The notes under the pieces were generated by a model. That model was not told the origin of the DNA and did not search any database. It was given only the letters and a program-made list of their open reading frames with translations. The position numbers and the translations under genes were made by a program. Positions 1 through 7,942 of a stretch of 64,000 bases of DNA are shown here, piece after piece; within the stretch, counting starts at the first letter, position 1; every line of letters begins with the position of its first letter. This DNA comes from Actinomycetota bacterium (lineage in GTDB: Bacteria; Actinomycetota; JAHEXW01; JAGVPG01), in the NCBI GenBank assembly GCA_020052375.1, contig JAGVPG010000009.1:30192-94191 (forward strand). The letters run 5' to 3'.

Positions 1-661
1 CGAATTTCTCGATAAGATCGGCCAGATAACCTGCACGGCTATCCAGGTCAGCCGCGCCTTCAGTCGTTGATGCGATATCGCTGAGTTTCACAAGCAGTTT
101 TGCAACGTCGGATGGTCCTTGCTTGAGTTTAATAACGATCTTGTTATGATCGTTCTCTGTAAGGTCCTTTTCCTGAATCAAAAGGAAGAGTTCCTGGTCT
201 TGAAGACCTTCCAGACTTTTAAGATCGATATCGTCCGGCAGGTTCTCGGAGGTTTCGACTATAAGCCGCTGCGCCTCGATATTGAGAACGCGCTTCTCGA
301 CCAGCATGTTCTCGACACCCCCGGCTTTTCTTAGTTCTTCAGGATCGGAGCAGACGACCTGGAGGAAACCCTCGACATCGAACTGTCTCACTTGAGGTTG
401 AACGGTCACGGTCGTTATCTGTCGTTCGTGCAGGTAGTTGGCTAGAGCTACGAAGAACCCCGCATCCTTTTCAGAGAACTCTCTATCACCAGCGATCAGA
501 GTATTCTTAGACACATTCAAGACAAGAGGCGGGTGGTCTTTGAAATATTCAGCCAAAGACTTATATAGGTCGGCTGCTGCGTCAATGCACATAGGATGGT
601 TGGCCGCATAGACGCGCTGTATTTTTATCGCTGCGTTGAGCTGCTTGAACAGATTCTCCAT
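1..661 (-). CDS. hypothetical protein, N-terminal ~220 codons only (C-terminus lies beyond window start)
   Basis: ATG at 661-659 on the minus strand opens a frame with no stop through position 1. Read manually as MENLFKQLNAAIKIQRVYAANHPMCIDAAADLYKSL... It is absent from the ORF track because its stop is off-window. No family recognised. Confidence 0.4.
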   Translation of the reverse strand, partial: MENLFKQLNAAIKIQRVYAANHPMCIDAAADLYKSLAEYFKDHPPLVLNVSKNTLIAGDREFSEKDAGFFVALANYLHERQITTVTVQPQVRQFDVEGFLQVVCSDPEELRKAGGVENMLVEKRVLNIEAQRLIVETSENLPDDIDLKSLEGLQDQELFLLIQEKDLTENDHNKIVIKLKQGPSDVAKLLVKLSDIASTTEGAADLDSRAGYLADLIEKF

Positions 662-742
662 ACCCTTATTATCGCCGGTATTGTGTTCGCTTTGCTCCAC
701 TTTAAGGCTTTCTCCCAAGATCGGTAGTGGACAATATATGAT

Positions 743-1483
743 GTGGTATTATTCGGTTTGTATAGGCAAAAACATGAAAAAGCTGCCTCAATAAAAACAT
801 CATTAGTGTATCCTAATGACTTTGAAAAAAGCAATCAGGTGAACAGGGTGGAAGAAGGCAACAGGGCAAGAGAGATCATAAAAAGGCTTAAGGAGGAGTA
901 TCCGGAGGCCAAGATAGCACTGGATTTCAGCGATCCATGGGAACTTCTGGTCGCGACCATCCTTTCGGCTCAGTGTACGGATAAGAAAGTGAACGAAGTG
1001 ACTGCCGGTCTGTTCAAGAAATACCGGTCTATCGATGATTATGCCGTAGCCGGACAGGAAGAGCTCGAACAGGATATAAGACCGACAGGGTTCTTTCGCA
1101 ATAAAGCTAAGAACATCACCGGAGCCGCCCGGTTGATCTTAAGCGATTACAACGGCGAGGTACCCGGGACCATGGAAGAGATCCTGCGCGTGCCCGGAGT
1201 CGCCAGAAAAACTGCGAACGTCGTATTGGGTAATGCCTATGGTATTGTCGAAGGTATCGCAGTCGACACCCACGTTTTTCGTCTCAGTCATCGTCTAGGT
1301 CTGAGCAAAGAGAGACAACCTGACAAAGTAGAAAAAGACCTGATGTCTACAATCCCGCGTAAAGACTGGTTTCATCTCACATATCTCCTGATAGAGCACG
1401 GACGAAACGTTTGCGCCGCAAAACTGGCAAGATGCGATATCTGCGTGGTCAATGATCTTTGCCCTTCGGCTTTCAAGGTGTGA
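743..1483 (+). CDS. nth: endonuclease III (HhH-GPD base-excision glycosylase with C-terminal 4Fe-4S Cys cluster)
   Basis: Motifs DPWELLVATILSAQCTDKKVN, VPGVARKTANVVL and the C-terminal C-x6-C-x2-C-x5-C. The likely true start is the in-frame GTG at 848, preceded by AGGTGA. Confidence 0.85.
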   Translation: MVLFGLYRQKHEKAASIKTSLVYPNDFEKSNQVNRVEEGNRAREIIKRLKEEYPEAKIALDFSDPWELLVATILSAQCTDKKVNEVTAGLFKKYRSIDDYAVAGQEELEQDIRPTGFFRNKAKNITGAARLILSDYNGEVPGTMEEILRVPGVARKTANVVLGNAYGIVEGIAVDTHVFRLSHRLGLSKERQPDKVEKDLMSTIPRKDWFHLTYLLIEHGRNVCAAKLARCDICVVNDLCPSAFKV

Positions 1484-1572
1484 ATCGCTTTCTTCAAAAC
1501 AGTAATGGTTTGATCACTTTAAGCCGAAAATAAAGGTGTATATGAATTCTTAAGGTCAAACAGGAGCGGCGT

Positions 1573-2553
1573 GTGGGCTTTTTAGATCGTCTTAAACACA
1601 AACCGGCGCAGCCCAAGAAGACTGACAGTGAAAAAGTTAATGCTCTTTTTAAATCGGCAAAGGACATGTCGGAAGCAGGACAGGCTGACGCAGCACTTGA
1701 TCTTCTTGAGGAAGCAATAAATATGGACCCGACTTCTTTTGATGCTCTTGTTCTTAAGGGCGAACTCCTATGGCGTAAAGGTGAGATGGAGAAAGCCGCT
1801 GCGTGTATTGACTGGGCGCTGGAACTTCAACCTAACTCGGCTAAAGCGTTGAGTCTCATGGGTGAGATATACCTGGATGGCGGCAATCATCACGAAGCTC
1901 TCGAATGCTACCGGAAAGCCCTCTCCATCAAACCGGACCTTATAAAAGCATGGAACTTCTCGGCGGAGACCTATCTCAAGCCGGAGAGTTATGAGAAAGC
2001 GCTTGAATGTTATAAGATCGCGATCCTTAACAACCCCGATGTACCCGAGACATGGCAGCTTATGGGCGATACGTACTTGACACTCGAGCGATGGCAGGAT
2101 GCGTACGATGCTTATAAACAAGCAGTCCGTCTGGATCCTAAGATGGCCGAGGTGTGGCAGTCGATGGGGCATACGCTGATCAAGCTTGAAGCGTATAACG
2201 TAGCGGTGGACTGCTGCAAGAAAGCGATAGAGAACAGGACTTCTTTCGAAACGGCCTGGAAACTTTTAGGCGACGCCTATATTCATCTTGGGAAATTTGA
2301 AGAAGCTTTGCAAGCCGCTGACCGGGCTCTGGACATCAATAAGCGTTATGCTGAAGCATGGAGTGTAAAGAGCCTGGCTGAACTGAACCTCGCCAGATTC
2401 GAAGAGGCGAAGGATTCAGCCGAAAAAGCTTTGCGTCTGAATCCGGATCTGCGAGAATCCCTGATCGTACTTGGGTTTGCCAACGCCAACCTCGGTAGCA
2501 AAGACGATGCGGACAAGTGCATCCAGGCATCCGACCGAGTAGGATTAAAATAA
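1573..2553 (+). CDS. tetratricopeptide (TPR) repeat protein
   Basis: Reiterated 34-aa W/LG/Y/A/F/A/P-type repeats along the whole protein. GTG start preceded by AGGAG. Confidence 0.75.
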   Translation: MGFLDRLKHKPAQPKKTDSEKVNALFKSAKDMSEAGQADAALDLLEEAINMDPTSFDALVLKGELLWRKGEMEKAAACIDWALELQPNSAKALSLMGEIYLDGGNHHEALECYRKALSIKPDLIKAWNFSAETYLKPESYEKALECYKIAILNNPDVPETWQLMGDTYLTLERWQDAYDAYKQAVRLDPKMAEVWQSMGHTLIKLEAYNVAVDCCKKAIENRTSFETAWKLLGDAYIHLGKFEEALQAADRALDINKRYAEAWSVKSLAELNLARFEEAKDSAEKALRLNPDLRESLIVLGFANANLGSKDDADKCIQASDRVGLK

Positions 2554-2556
2554 GAA

Positions 2557-3756
2557 CTACTTCCCTAGTATCTCGTCAAGCATGGGCATCCGTGTCACGA
2601 ATATCGCCGGTATCAACCCCGAGATGATCGCAACCCATATGACGATCTCCGCTCTCAGAACAAAATCAGGATAGTTCACGATCAGGATGGCGTCTCCGAG
2701 CGGAAGCACAAATGGATGAGCTTTGAAATACGGTACGAGAACAGCGAAGAATATACCTGTTCCCAAGATGACGCCGCATACGGAGTAGAAGGTCGACTGA
2801 AGTACATATACGGTCCTTATGAGATACGGCTTTATCCCGATCGCTCTCAGGATGCCGATCTGCTGGCGCTTGTTGGAGATATCGATATAGATGACAATGA
2901 AAATAGTCACAGCCGCGATCATCCCGCCGACTAGACCTAACAGTACATCGATACTGATGAAGCTCTTTTCGACGCTCTTCATCATGCCTGCCATGTCTTG
3001 CCAGGGATAGATCGAAAGGCCAAGGTTTTTATCTTTAAGGCGGCTGACGATCTTTTTCTCTTCTCCCTTGTTGTCGATCTTTATAGCTATACTGGTCGCT
3101 TTGTCGTTGTAATGCGGAGCGATCTTTTTAAGAGCCTTCTGAGTTATAAACGCGCGATAATCGGTTTCAATGTAGTTGGTATCGAAAATGCCTTTGATCA
3201 TGAACTCATGCTTTATGCTATCGAATGACAGTGTCACTTTATCACCGACCTTGGCCGTCTTGAAGGAACTTATGTTTTCCACGTCGGGTCCGCCCGCTAT
3301 CTGCCGACCGAGGATGATCGAGTCGGTGTCATCCGCGTCCAGATAAGAACCCGATACCATCTTCTTAGATATGATAGTGACCTCTTTCTCATTCTCCGGG
3401 TCTATGGCAAAGGTCATGAAGTTGCCCTTCTTGTTCTCAAATTTCATATTCGCGGGCACGAGCATCCGGGCGCTCGCCGCCTTGACGCCTGATGTGTCTT
3501 CGATCGATCCGATAGTAGAACCCGAATCTTCAATGAAATCATGACCTTCGTTCGGAGTTATATAGACGTCTCCGGTGCTGGTGTCAATAATCTGGTCGTT
3601 CGAGCTCTTTATGATCCCGTTAAAAAGGGACGTTATAAAGACCAGGTTGATAAAGGCGATAGACATCAAGAAGATTATCAGGACGAGTTGCCATTTACTG
3701 CCGCGAACGAGGTGCCGGGCTATGAGAAAGAACGGGATCCGTGCCTCGTATCTCAT
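2557..3756 (-). CDS. ABC transporter permease, FtsX-like (LolE/MacB family)
   Basis: N-terminal TM helix, large periplasmic domain, C-terminal FtsX-type 3-TM bundle (ILRAIGIKPYLIRTVYVLQS...). Overlaps the ATPase gene by 4 nt. Confidence 0.85.
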   Translation of the reverse strand: MRYEARIPFFLIARHLVRGSKWQLVLIIFLMSIAFINLVFITSLFNGIIKSSNDQIIDTSTGDVYITPNEGHDFIEDSGSTIGSIEDTSGVKAASARMLVPANMKFENKKGNFMTFAIDPENEKEVTIISKKMVSGSYLDADDTDSIILGRQIAGGPDVENISSFKTAKVGDKVTLSFDSIKHEFMIKGIFDTNYIETDYRAFITQKALKKIAPHYNDKATSIAIKIDNKGEEKKIVSRLKDKNLGLSIYPWQDMAGMMKSVEKSFISIDVLLGLVGGMIAAVTIFIVIYIDISNKRQQIGILRAIGIKPYLIRTVYVLQSTFYSVCGVILGTGIFFAVLVPYFKAHPFVLPLGDAILIVNYPDFVLRAEIVIWVAIISGLIPAIFVTRMPMLDEILGK

Positions 3757-4424
3757 GAGATCCGCCCATCGGCCAGGTTGATCAATCTATTAGCGTAATG
3801 CGTCTCATCCTGCTCGTGAGTGATCATTACTATGGTGTGGTTGTCATGCTCGTTGAGCGCTTTAAAGACACCCAGGATCTCTTTGGCCGCTATTGAATCG
3901 AGATTCGCCGTCGGTTCGTCGGCAAAAAGGACGCTAGGGTTGTTGATGAGCGCTCGCGCGATCGCCACCTTTTGCTGTTCGCCACCGGAAAGCTGCCGGG
4001 GAAGGTTGTTGACCTTATCCTTCAGGCCCACTTTTTCGAGCGAGTCTTTGGCTCTAGGCCTGCAAACGCGGCTTGGCTCCAGCATCATCGCGGGGAGCAT
4101 GACGTTCTCCAGTGCGGTCAACTCGGCTACCAGCGCATATTCCTGGAAGATATATCCGAGTTCCCTCAACCGGAGGGCCGATCGCTGTTTCTCAGATATC
4201 TTAAGGACATTCTTGTTCTGTAGGGTTATCATCCCCCTGTCGGGGCGATCGAGTAGGCCGAGTTGATGCAGGAGAGTAGATTTACCCGAGCCGTTTCGCC
4301 CGGTGATAATAAAAAAGTCACCTTCATCTATAGTCAAGGTGACGCCGTTCAGAGCCCTTACTTTGACTTCTCCCATAACGTATGTCTTGATTATTTCTTC
4401 TACGCGGATGACTGGATCGGCCAC
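3753..4424 (-). CDS. ABC transporter ATP-binding protein (LolD/MacB-like)
   Basis: Walker A GRNGSGKST, ABC signature LSGGEQQKVAIARAL, Walker B LFADEPT. Confidence 0.9.
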   Translation of the reverse strand: MADPVIRVEEIIKTYVMGEVKVRALNGVTLTIDEGDFFIITGRNGSGKSTLLHQLGLLDRPDRGMITLQNKNVLKISEKQRSALRLRELGYIFQEYALVAELTALENVMLPAMMLEPSRVCRPRAKDSLEKVGLKDKVNNLPRQLSGGEQQKVAIARALINNPSVLFADEPTANLDSIAAKEILGVFKALNEHDNHTIVMITHEQDETHYANRLINLADGRIS

Positions 4425-4448
4425 ATCCTACCTTTCATAAATAAAAAA

Positions 4449-4526
4449 TGGTGGCGGGACCCAGAATTGAACTGGGGACGCCGGGATTTTCAGTCCCGCG
4501 CTCTACCAACTGAGCTATCCCGCCAC
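4449..4526 (-). tRNA. tRNA-Phe (anticodon GAA)
   Basis: The reverse complement folds as a cloverleaf: GTGGCGGGATAGCTCAGTTGGTAGAGCGCGGGACTGAAAATCCCG...CCCGCCACCA. Anticodon loop CUGAAAA; CCA encoded. Confidence 0.85.
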
Positions 4527-4631
4527 AAATTCCAATTATAATAAAACGCATACCTAAGTGCAAAGACGGGAGTCTTTCGTGTTGTCATACACCTTTGGCG
4601 AGTGTAATATGTATAAGTTGTGGTTATTTAC

Positions 4632-4707
4632 GGGCCGTTAGCTCATCAGGCAGAGCACCGGACTTTTAATCCGGTTGTGGAAGGTTCGAGTCCTTCACGG
4701 CCCACCA
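4632..4707 (+). tRNA. tRNA-Lys (anticodon UUU)
   Basis: GGGCCGTTAGCTCATCAGGCAGAGCACCGGACTTTTAATCCGG...GTTCGAGTCCTTCACGGCCCACCA. Anticodon loop CUUUUAA. Confidence 0.85.
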
Positions 4708-4794
4708 GCCTTCGCCCTGAGACTCCGGCTTCACCTCCGTCTTTTTCTTGCTACGGCTGGCAGGCCATCTTTTATCGAGTCTCAGGACGAAGGC
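4708..4794 (+). repeat. long inverted repeat directly abutting the tRNA-Lys 3' end (18-nt arms, 17/18 complementary, ~51-nt spacer)
   Basis: Arm 4708-4725 GCCTTCGCCCTGAGACTC pairs with arm 4777-4794 GAGTCTCAGGACGAAGGC. The spacer contains a partial copy (4750-4775) of the direct repeat listed next. Confidence 0.6.
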
Positions 4795-4861
4795 TGTCCC
4801 CCGTAGCCGTAGAAGCCGAACGAAGTGAGGCTGGTGCAGGCGAAGGAGGACAAGCTAATAG

Positions 4862-4916
4862 TTAGACTCACATCTAAAGATGTTCGTCTTGACCGGCTAC
4901 GGCTGGCAGGCCATCC
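4862..4916 (+). repeat. direct repeat copy 1 (~52 nt) upstream of the GIY-YIG gene pair
   Basis: TTAGACTCACATCTAAAGATGTTCGTCTTGACCGGCTACGGCTGGCAGGCCATCC. About 85% identical to 6421-6470. Confidence 0.7.
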
Positions 4917-5028
4917 TTTTCATTACTCTCAAATCAAAGCGGCGAAGGCTGTCCTCCGTAGTCGTATGGCCGAAGCGAAGCGAGGCCGCGGCTGACGAAG
5001 GAGGACCAATTTGTGTATGCTTATCAGT

Positions 5029-5289
5029 ATGCATTATGTATATCTTCTTAGACTTGATCATTCCAAATACTATACTGGTCAAACATCAGACATTGTAGCG
5101 CGTCTTATGAAGCATAAAAAGGGTGACGTTAAGTCAACCTCTGGTTATGCGAATATGGAACTCATCTGGTATGCAGCGTTTGAAGATAAGGATAGAGCAT
5201 TAGAATTCGAAAAGTATCTTAAGAGCGGTTCGGGAAAATCATTCAGGAATAAACATCTTATTGAGCTACTGAAGAAAAATAGTGTCTGA
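5029..5289 (+). CDS. GIY-YIG nuclease family small protein (YazA/UPF0213-like)
   Basis: MHYVYLLRLDHSKYYTGQTSDIVARLMKHKKG... matches the GIY-x10-YIG core with the RL/KxH and E motifs. Start chosen at the internal ATG 5029; the ORF-track frame opens at 5011. Visibly AT-rich relative to its flanks. Confidence 0.7.
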   Translation: MHYVYLLRLDHSKYYTGQTSDIVARLMKHKKGDVKSTSGYANMELIWYAAFEDKDRALEFEKYLKSGSGKSFRNKHLIELLKKNSV

Positions 5290-5324
5290 CTTTTGATAAA
5301 GATCTGCTTCACAAGGGGGATAAA

Positions 5325-6056
5325 ATGGATAAGGATGAAATCCTGGCTGAGATGCAACGGACAGCTAAAGAGAACGGTGGGAAGCCACTTGGCAAAAGTC
5401 GATTTGAGAACGTTACAGGCATAAACGAATATGTATGGTTAAAATATTGGTCTCGGTTTAGTGATCTACAGCGGGAGGCGGGTTTTAAGCCAAATCGACT
5501 ACAAAGTGCTTACAATGATGACTATTTATGTGAAAAAATCGTAGGCCTTATGCGAGAACTAAAGAAATTTCCTACAACAAATGAGATACGTACCAAAGCT
5601 TTAAATGACTCAGAATTTCCACACTTGGCAACATTTCAACGCCACGGAAGCAAGCAGCAACTCATCTCAAAGACGCTATCGTATTGTTTAGAGAAAACCA
5701 AGCACGAGGATATTGTCAAAATACTCGAACCATTAATTGACATGGAAAAAAGGGAAGAAACAGGAAATCTAGAAGCTTCAAAGCAAGAAGTAACATATGG
5801 CTACGTGTATCTAGTTAAAGGGCATCCAGGGGAATATAAAATAGGCCACACCACTCTTGTCGATAGAAGATTACCGGAACTTGGAGTGAAAGCTTCTATT
5901 AAGCCTAATTTGATACATGAGATCAAAACTGATGATCCGAAAGGTATAGAAGTATACTGGCACAAACGCTTTGAGAATAAGCGCATGCGAGGTGAGTGGT
6001 TCAGGTTGACCGCTGTCGATGTTAGAGCTTTCAAACGGTGGCGTAAGATATACTAA
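5325..6056 (+). CDS. GIY-YIG superfamily (T5orf172/Mug113-like) domain protein with unknown N-terminal domain
   Basis: C-terminal YGYVYLVKGHPGEYKIGHTTLVDRRLPELG...EWFRLT fits the T5orf172-type GIY-YIG-like module. The N-terminal 150 aa are unrecognised. AT-rich. Confidence 0.5.
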   Translation: MDKDEILAEMQRTAKENGGKPLGKSRFENVTGINEYVWLKYWSRFSDLQREAGFKPNRLQSAYNDDYLCEKIVGLMRELKKFPTTNEIRTKALNDSEFPHLATFQRHGSKQQLISKTLSYCLEKTKHEDIVKILEPLIDMEKREETGNLEASKQEVTYGYVYLVKGHPGEYKIGHTTLVDRRLPELGVKASIKPNLIHEIKTDDPKGIEVYWHKRFENKRMRGEWFRLTAVDVRAFKRWRKIY

Positions 6057-6290
6057 AGTTGCACCATGTCGGCAGGTGTACCGATTTGCAGAAAAGATGT
6101 AGTGCTTTTTTCACGACATTGGGAGCTGGCCTTAGATCTGTGCGAGCATTTACCAGGTCTGTGAGGAAAACCTTTGGGTTATATGTAGAAAAGAGTCTTA
6201 CGAACGACCTGAGGTAATGTGAGTACAAATCAAGGACAGTTTCCAGGAGTGAAAAAAGCACACACCTCTTTGTATCACTCTTTAGTGCCA
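6057..6290 (-). repeat. dispersed ~230-nt repeat R1, copy A (minus orientation relative to copy B at 36817-37045)
   Basis: The reverse complement of 6105-6250 aligns at ~85% with 36865-37000 (e.g. GTCCTTGATTTGTACTCACATTACCTCAGGTCGTTCGTAAGACTCTTTTCTAC...TTCCTCACAGACCTGGTAAATGCTCGCA). The element's boundaries are approximate. Confidence 0.7.
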
Positions 6291-6331
6291 CTAGCGCTTG
6301 TTTTTAGTGACCTGCTATAATCAGAAGTCGA

Positions 6332-6407
6332 GCCCCCATCGTCTAGAGGCCTAGGACACCGCCCTTTCAAGGCGGCAACAGGGATTCGAATTCCCTTGGG
6401 GGCACCA
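6332..6407 (+). tRNA. tRNA-Glu (anticodon UUC)
   Basis: GCCCCCATCGTCTAGAGGCCTAGGACACCGCCCTTTCAAGGCGG...GGGATTCGAATTCCCTTGGGGGCACCA. Confidence 0.85.
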
Positions 6408-6420
6408 TTCTTCGCCGACG

Positions 6421-6470
6421 TTAGACTCACACCTAACGGTGTTCGTCTTAACCGGCTTCGAATGGCAGGC
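6421..6470 (+). repeat. direct repeat copy 2 (~50 nt) immediately after tRNA-Glu
   Basis: TTAGACTCACACCTAACGGTGTTCGTCTTAACCGGCTTCGAATGGCAGGCCACTA. Matches 4862-4916. Confidence 0.7.
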
Positions 6471-6532
6471 CACTATACTTAGCCAATAAAGCTAAGAAGG
6501 CATTTGGAATTGTTCTATAATAGTTTTTGTGT

Positions 6533-6607
6533 GGGCGATTAGCTCAGTGGGAGAGCGCCTCCCTTACAAGGAGGAAGTCGCAGGTTCAAATCCTGCATCG
6601 CCCACCA
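6533..6607 (+). tRNA. tRNA-Val (anticodon UAC)
   Basis: GGGCGATTAGCTCAGTGGGAGAGCGCCTCCCTTACAAGGAGG...GGTTCAAATCCTGCATCGCCCACCA. Confidence 0.85.
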
Positions 6608-6633
6608 CCTTTTCTGATATACTGAAAAGTCGC

Positions 6634-6712
6634 GGAGCCGTGGTGTAGCCTGGTTTAACACACTGCCCTGTCAAGGCAGAGATCGCCGGTTCAAATCCGG
6701 TCGGCTCCGCCA
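6634..6712 (+). tRNA. tRNA-Asp (anticodon GUC)
   Basis: GGAGCCGTGGTGTAGCCTGGTTTAACACACTGCCCTGTCAAGGCAG...CCGGTTCAAATCCGGTCGGCTCCGCCA. The exact 5' end is uncertain by 1-2 nt. Confidence 0.75.
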
Positions 6713-6731
6713 GTTCACTGGTGGACTTCAC

Positions 6732-7316
6732 ATGAATCTCACGCAAGACAATCTGCGAAAAATCCCTGTTTTCAGCGATGCCGATGAGAGGTTTCTGGGC
6801 TATGTCCTCGATGTGATAGTCGATATAGAGAAGACGAGATTTCTAGGTCTACTGATAAGAAAAAAGATCTTCAGGCCTAAAAAAGCTGTCCCATTCTCCG
6901 CGATCCTAGGCATCGCGAAAGACCATATAGTCGTAGAGCAAGGAAAAACGCGCTGGTTGCCTTTGTACATAGACATGTGGAGAGCCAAGTTTGCAACAAA
7001 ACCATACCAAAGACTCGTAGCGATCCAGGAGTCTAAAGAGGTCGGCAAGGTAGCTGATTTTGTTGCCGATGATGATGGAAATGTAATCTTGCTTGTGGTC
7101 GAGCCCGGCCTGCTTAGCAAATTACGGTACGTGCCGAGACGGCTAGTGGACAACTACGAAGATGGTGTCTTTACACTTCAAGCAGGGGCGATGGAAAAGA
7201 CGGAAAAGGAACCCCAGTGGCCCAAGCTGGTAGAGCGGACTACTTCAAAGCTGGCAAAAGCGGCGGGACGGACGACCGCCAAAGCGATCAAGAAACTGAA
7301 GAAGAAGAAGACCTAA
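6732..7316 (+). CDS. PRC-barrel domain protein (two PRC-like modules, Lys-rich tail)
   Basis: VFSDADERFLGYVLDVIVDIEKTRFLGLLI and VAIQESKEVGKVADFVADDDGNVILLVV resemble PRC-barrel strands. The C-terminus is KKLKKKKT. Confidence 0.5.
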   Translation: MNLTQDNLRKIPVFSDADERFLGYVLDVIVDIEKTRFLGLLIRKKIFRPKKAVPFSAILGIAKDHIVVEQGKTRWLPLYIDMWRAKFATKPYQRLVAIQESKEVGKVADFVADDDGNVILLVVEPGLLSKLRYVPRRLVDNYEDGVFTLQAGAMEKTEKEPQWPKLVERTTSKLAKAAGRTTAKAIKKLKKKKT

Positions 7317-7849
7317 AGATCGATCTTGAATATCAAGTCTCTTTGACCACCCACTTTGTCACCCGAGACCTTAAGCTGTAAGCCTTTAGTATCCCTTTTG
7401 ACATCGAATATCGCGAAGACGACTGCGCGTTCCAACGGCAACAACTCGGTGTCATATATGGCTTTATATTTCTTTGCACCGAGCATGGCGAGGTATGACC
7501 CGGTCAAACTCTTGTCGGGCGTGTATTCACGTCCTTGTTTGTCAGATAAAGTCAGAACGGACGGATCCAATCGGGTCTTGCGTTTTAGTTCGTTCTTGAT
7601 ATTCACCCCGACGATCAAAAGTTCTCCTTTGCCTCTTATCATCTTGTCCTCGGGTCCGGTTGCGTCCGTTCTCAGGATCGACGTGATCGCCCATCTGAAG
7701 TCGCCACACTTTCCGGACTCCGTCGACTTAAGCACGATCGGTTTCTCTTTTGTCGTACAGGCTATGGGGTTTATGATCAGCAGTAGAACGAGTATCAGTA
7801 AAATTGCGGATAAAGCCCTGCTCGTGGCTTTGTTTTTTGTCTCTTTCAC
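7313..7849 (-). CDS. lipoprotein, DUF4352-like beta-sandwich
   Basis: Signal peptide plus lipobox (LLLIINPIAC). The body (LLIVGVNIKNELKRKT...VVFAIFDVKRD) resembles DUF4352. Confidence 0.5.
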   Translation of the reverse strand: MKETKNKATSRALSAILLILVLLLIINPIACTTKEKPIVLKSTESGKCGDFRWAITSILRTDATGPEDKMIRGKGELLIVGVNIKNELKRKTRLDPSVLTLSDKQGREYTPDKSLTGSYLAMLGAKKYKAIYDTELLPLERAVVFAIFDVKRDTKGLQLKVSGDKVGGQRDLIFKIDL

Positions 7850-7942
7850 TATACGGCTCCCCGGTTTACTAAAAACAATTGCAGATTAGTAACCTTTTAA
7901 GGTAGAATAACACAAAATCAGAAGCTACCGAAAGGAGAAAAA

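Noticed and set aside
119-334. 71-aa plus-strand ORF at window start
   Set aside because: Antisense to the longer minus-strand partial gene (1-661); no motif.
6564-6746. 60-aa minus-strand ORF
   Set aside because: It lies entirely over the tRNA-Val and tRNA-Asp genes; spurious.
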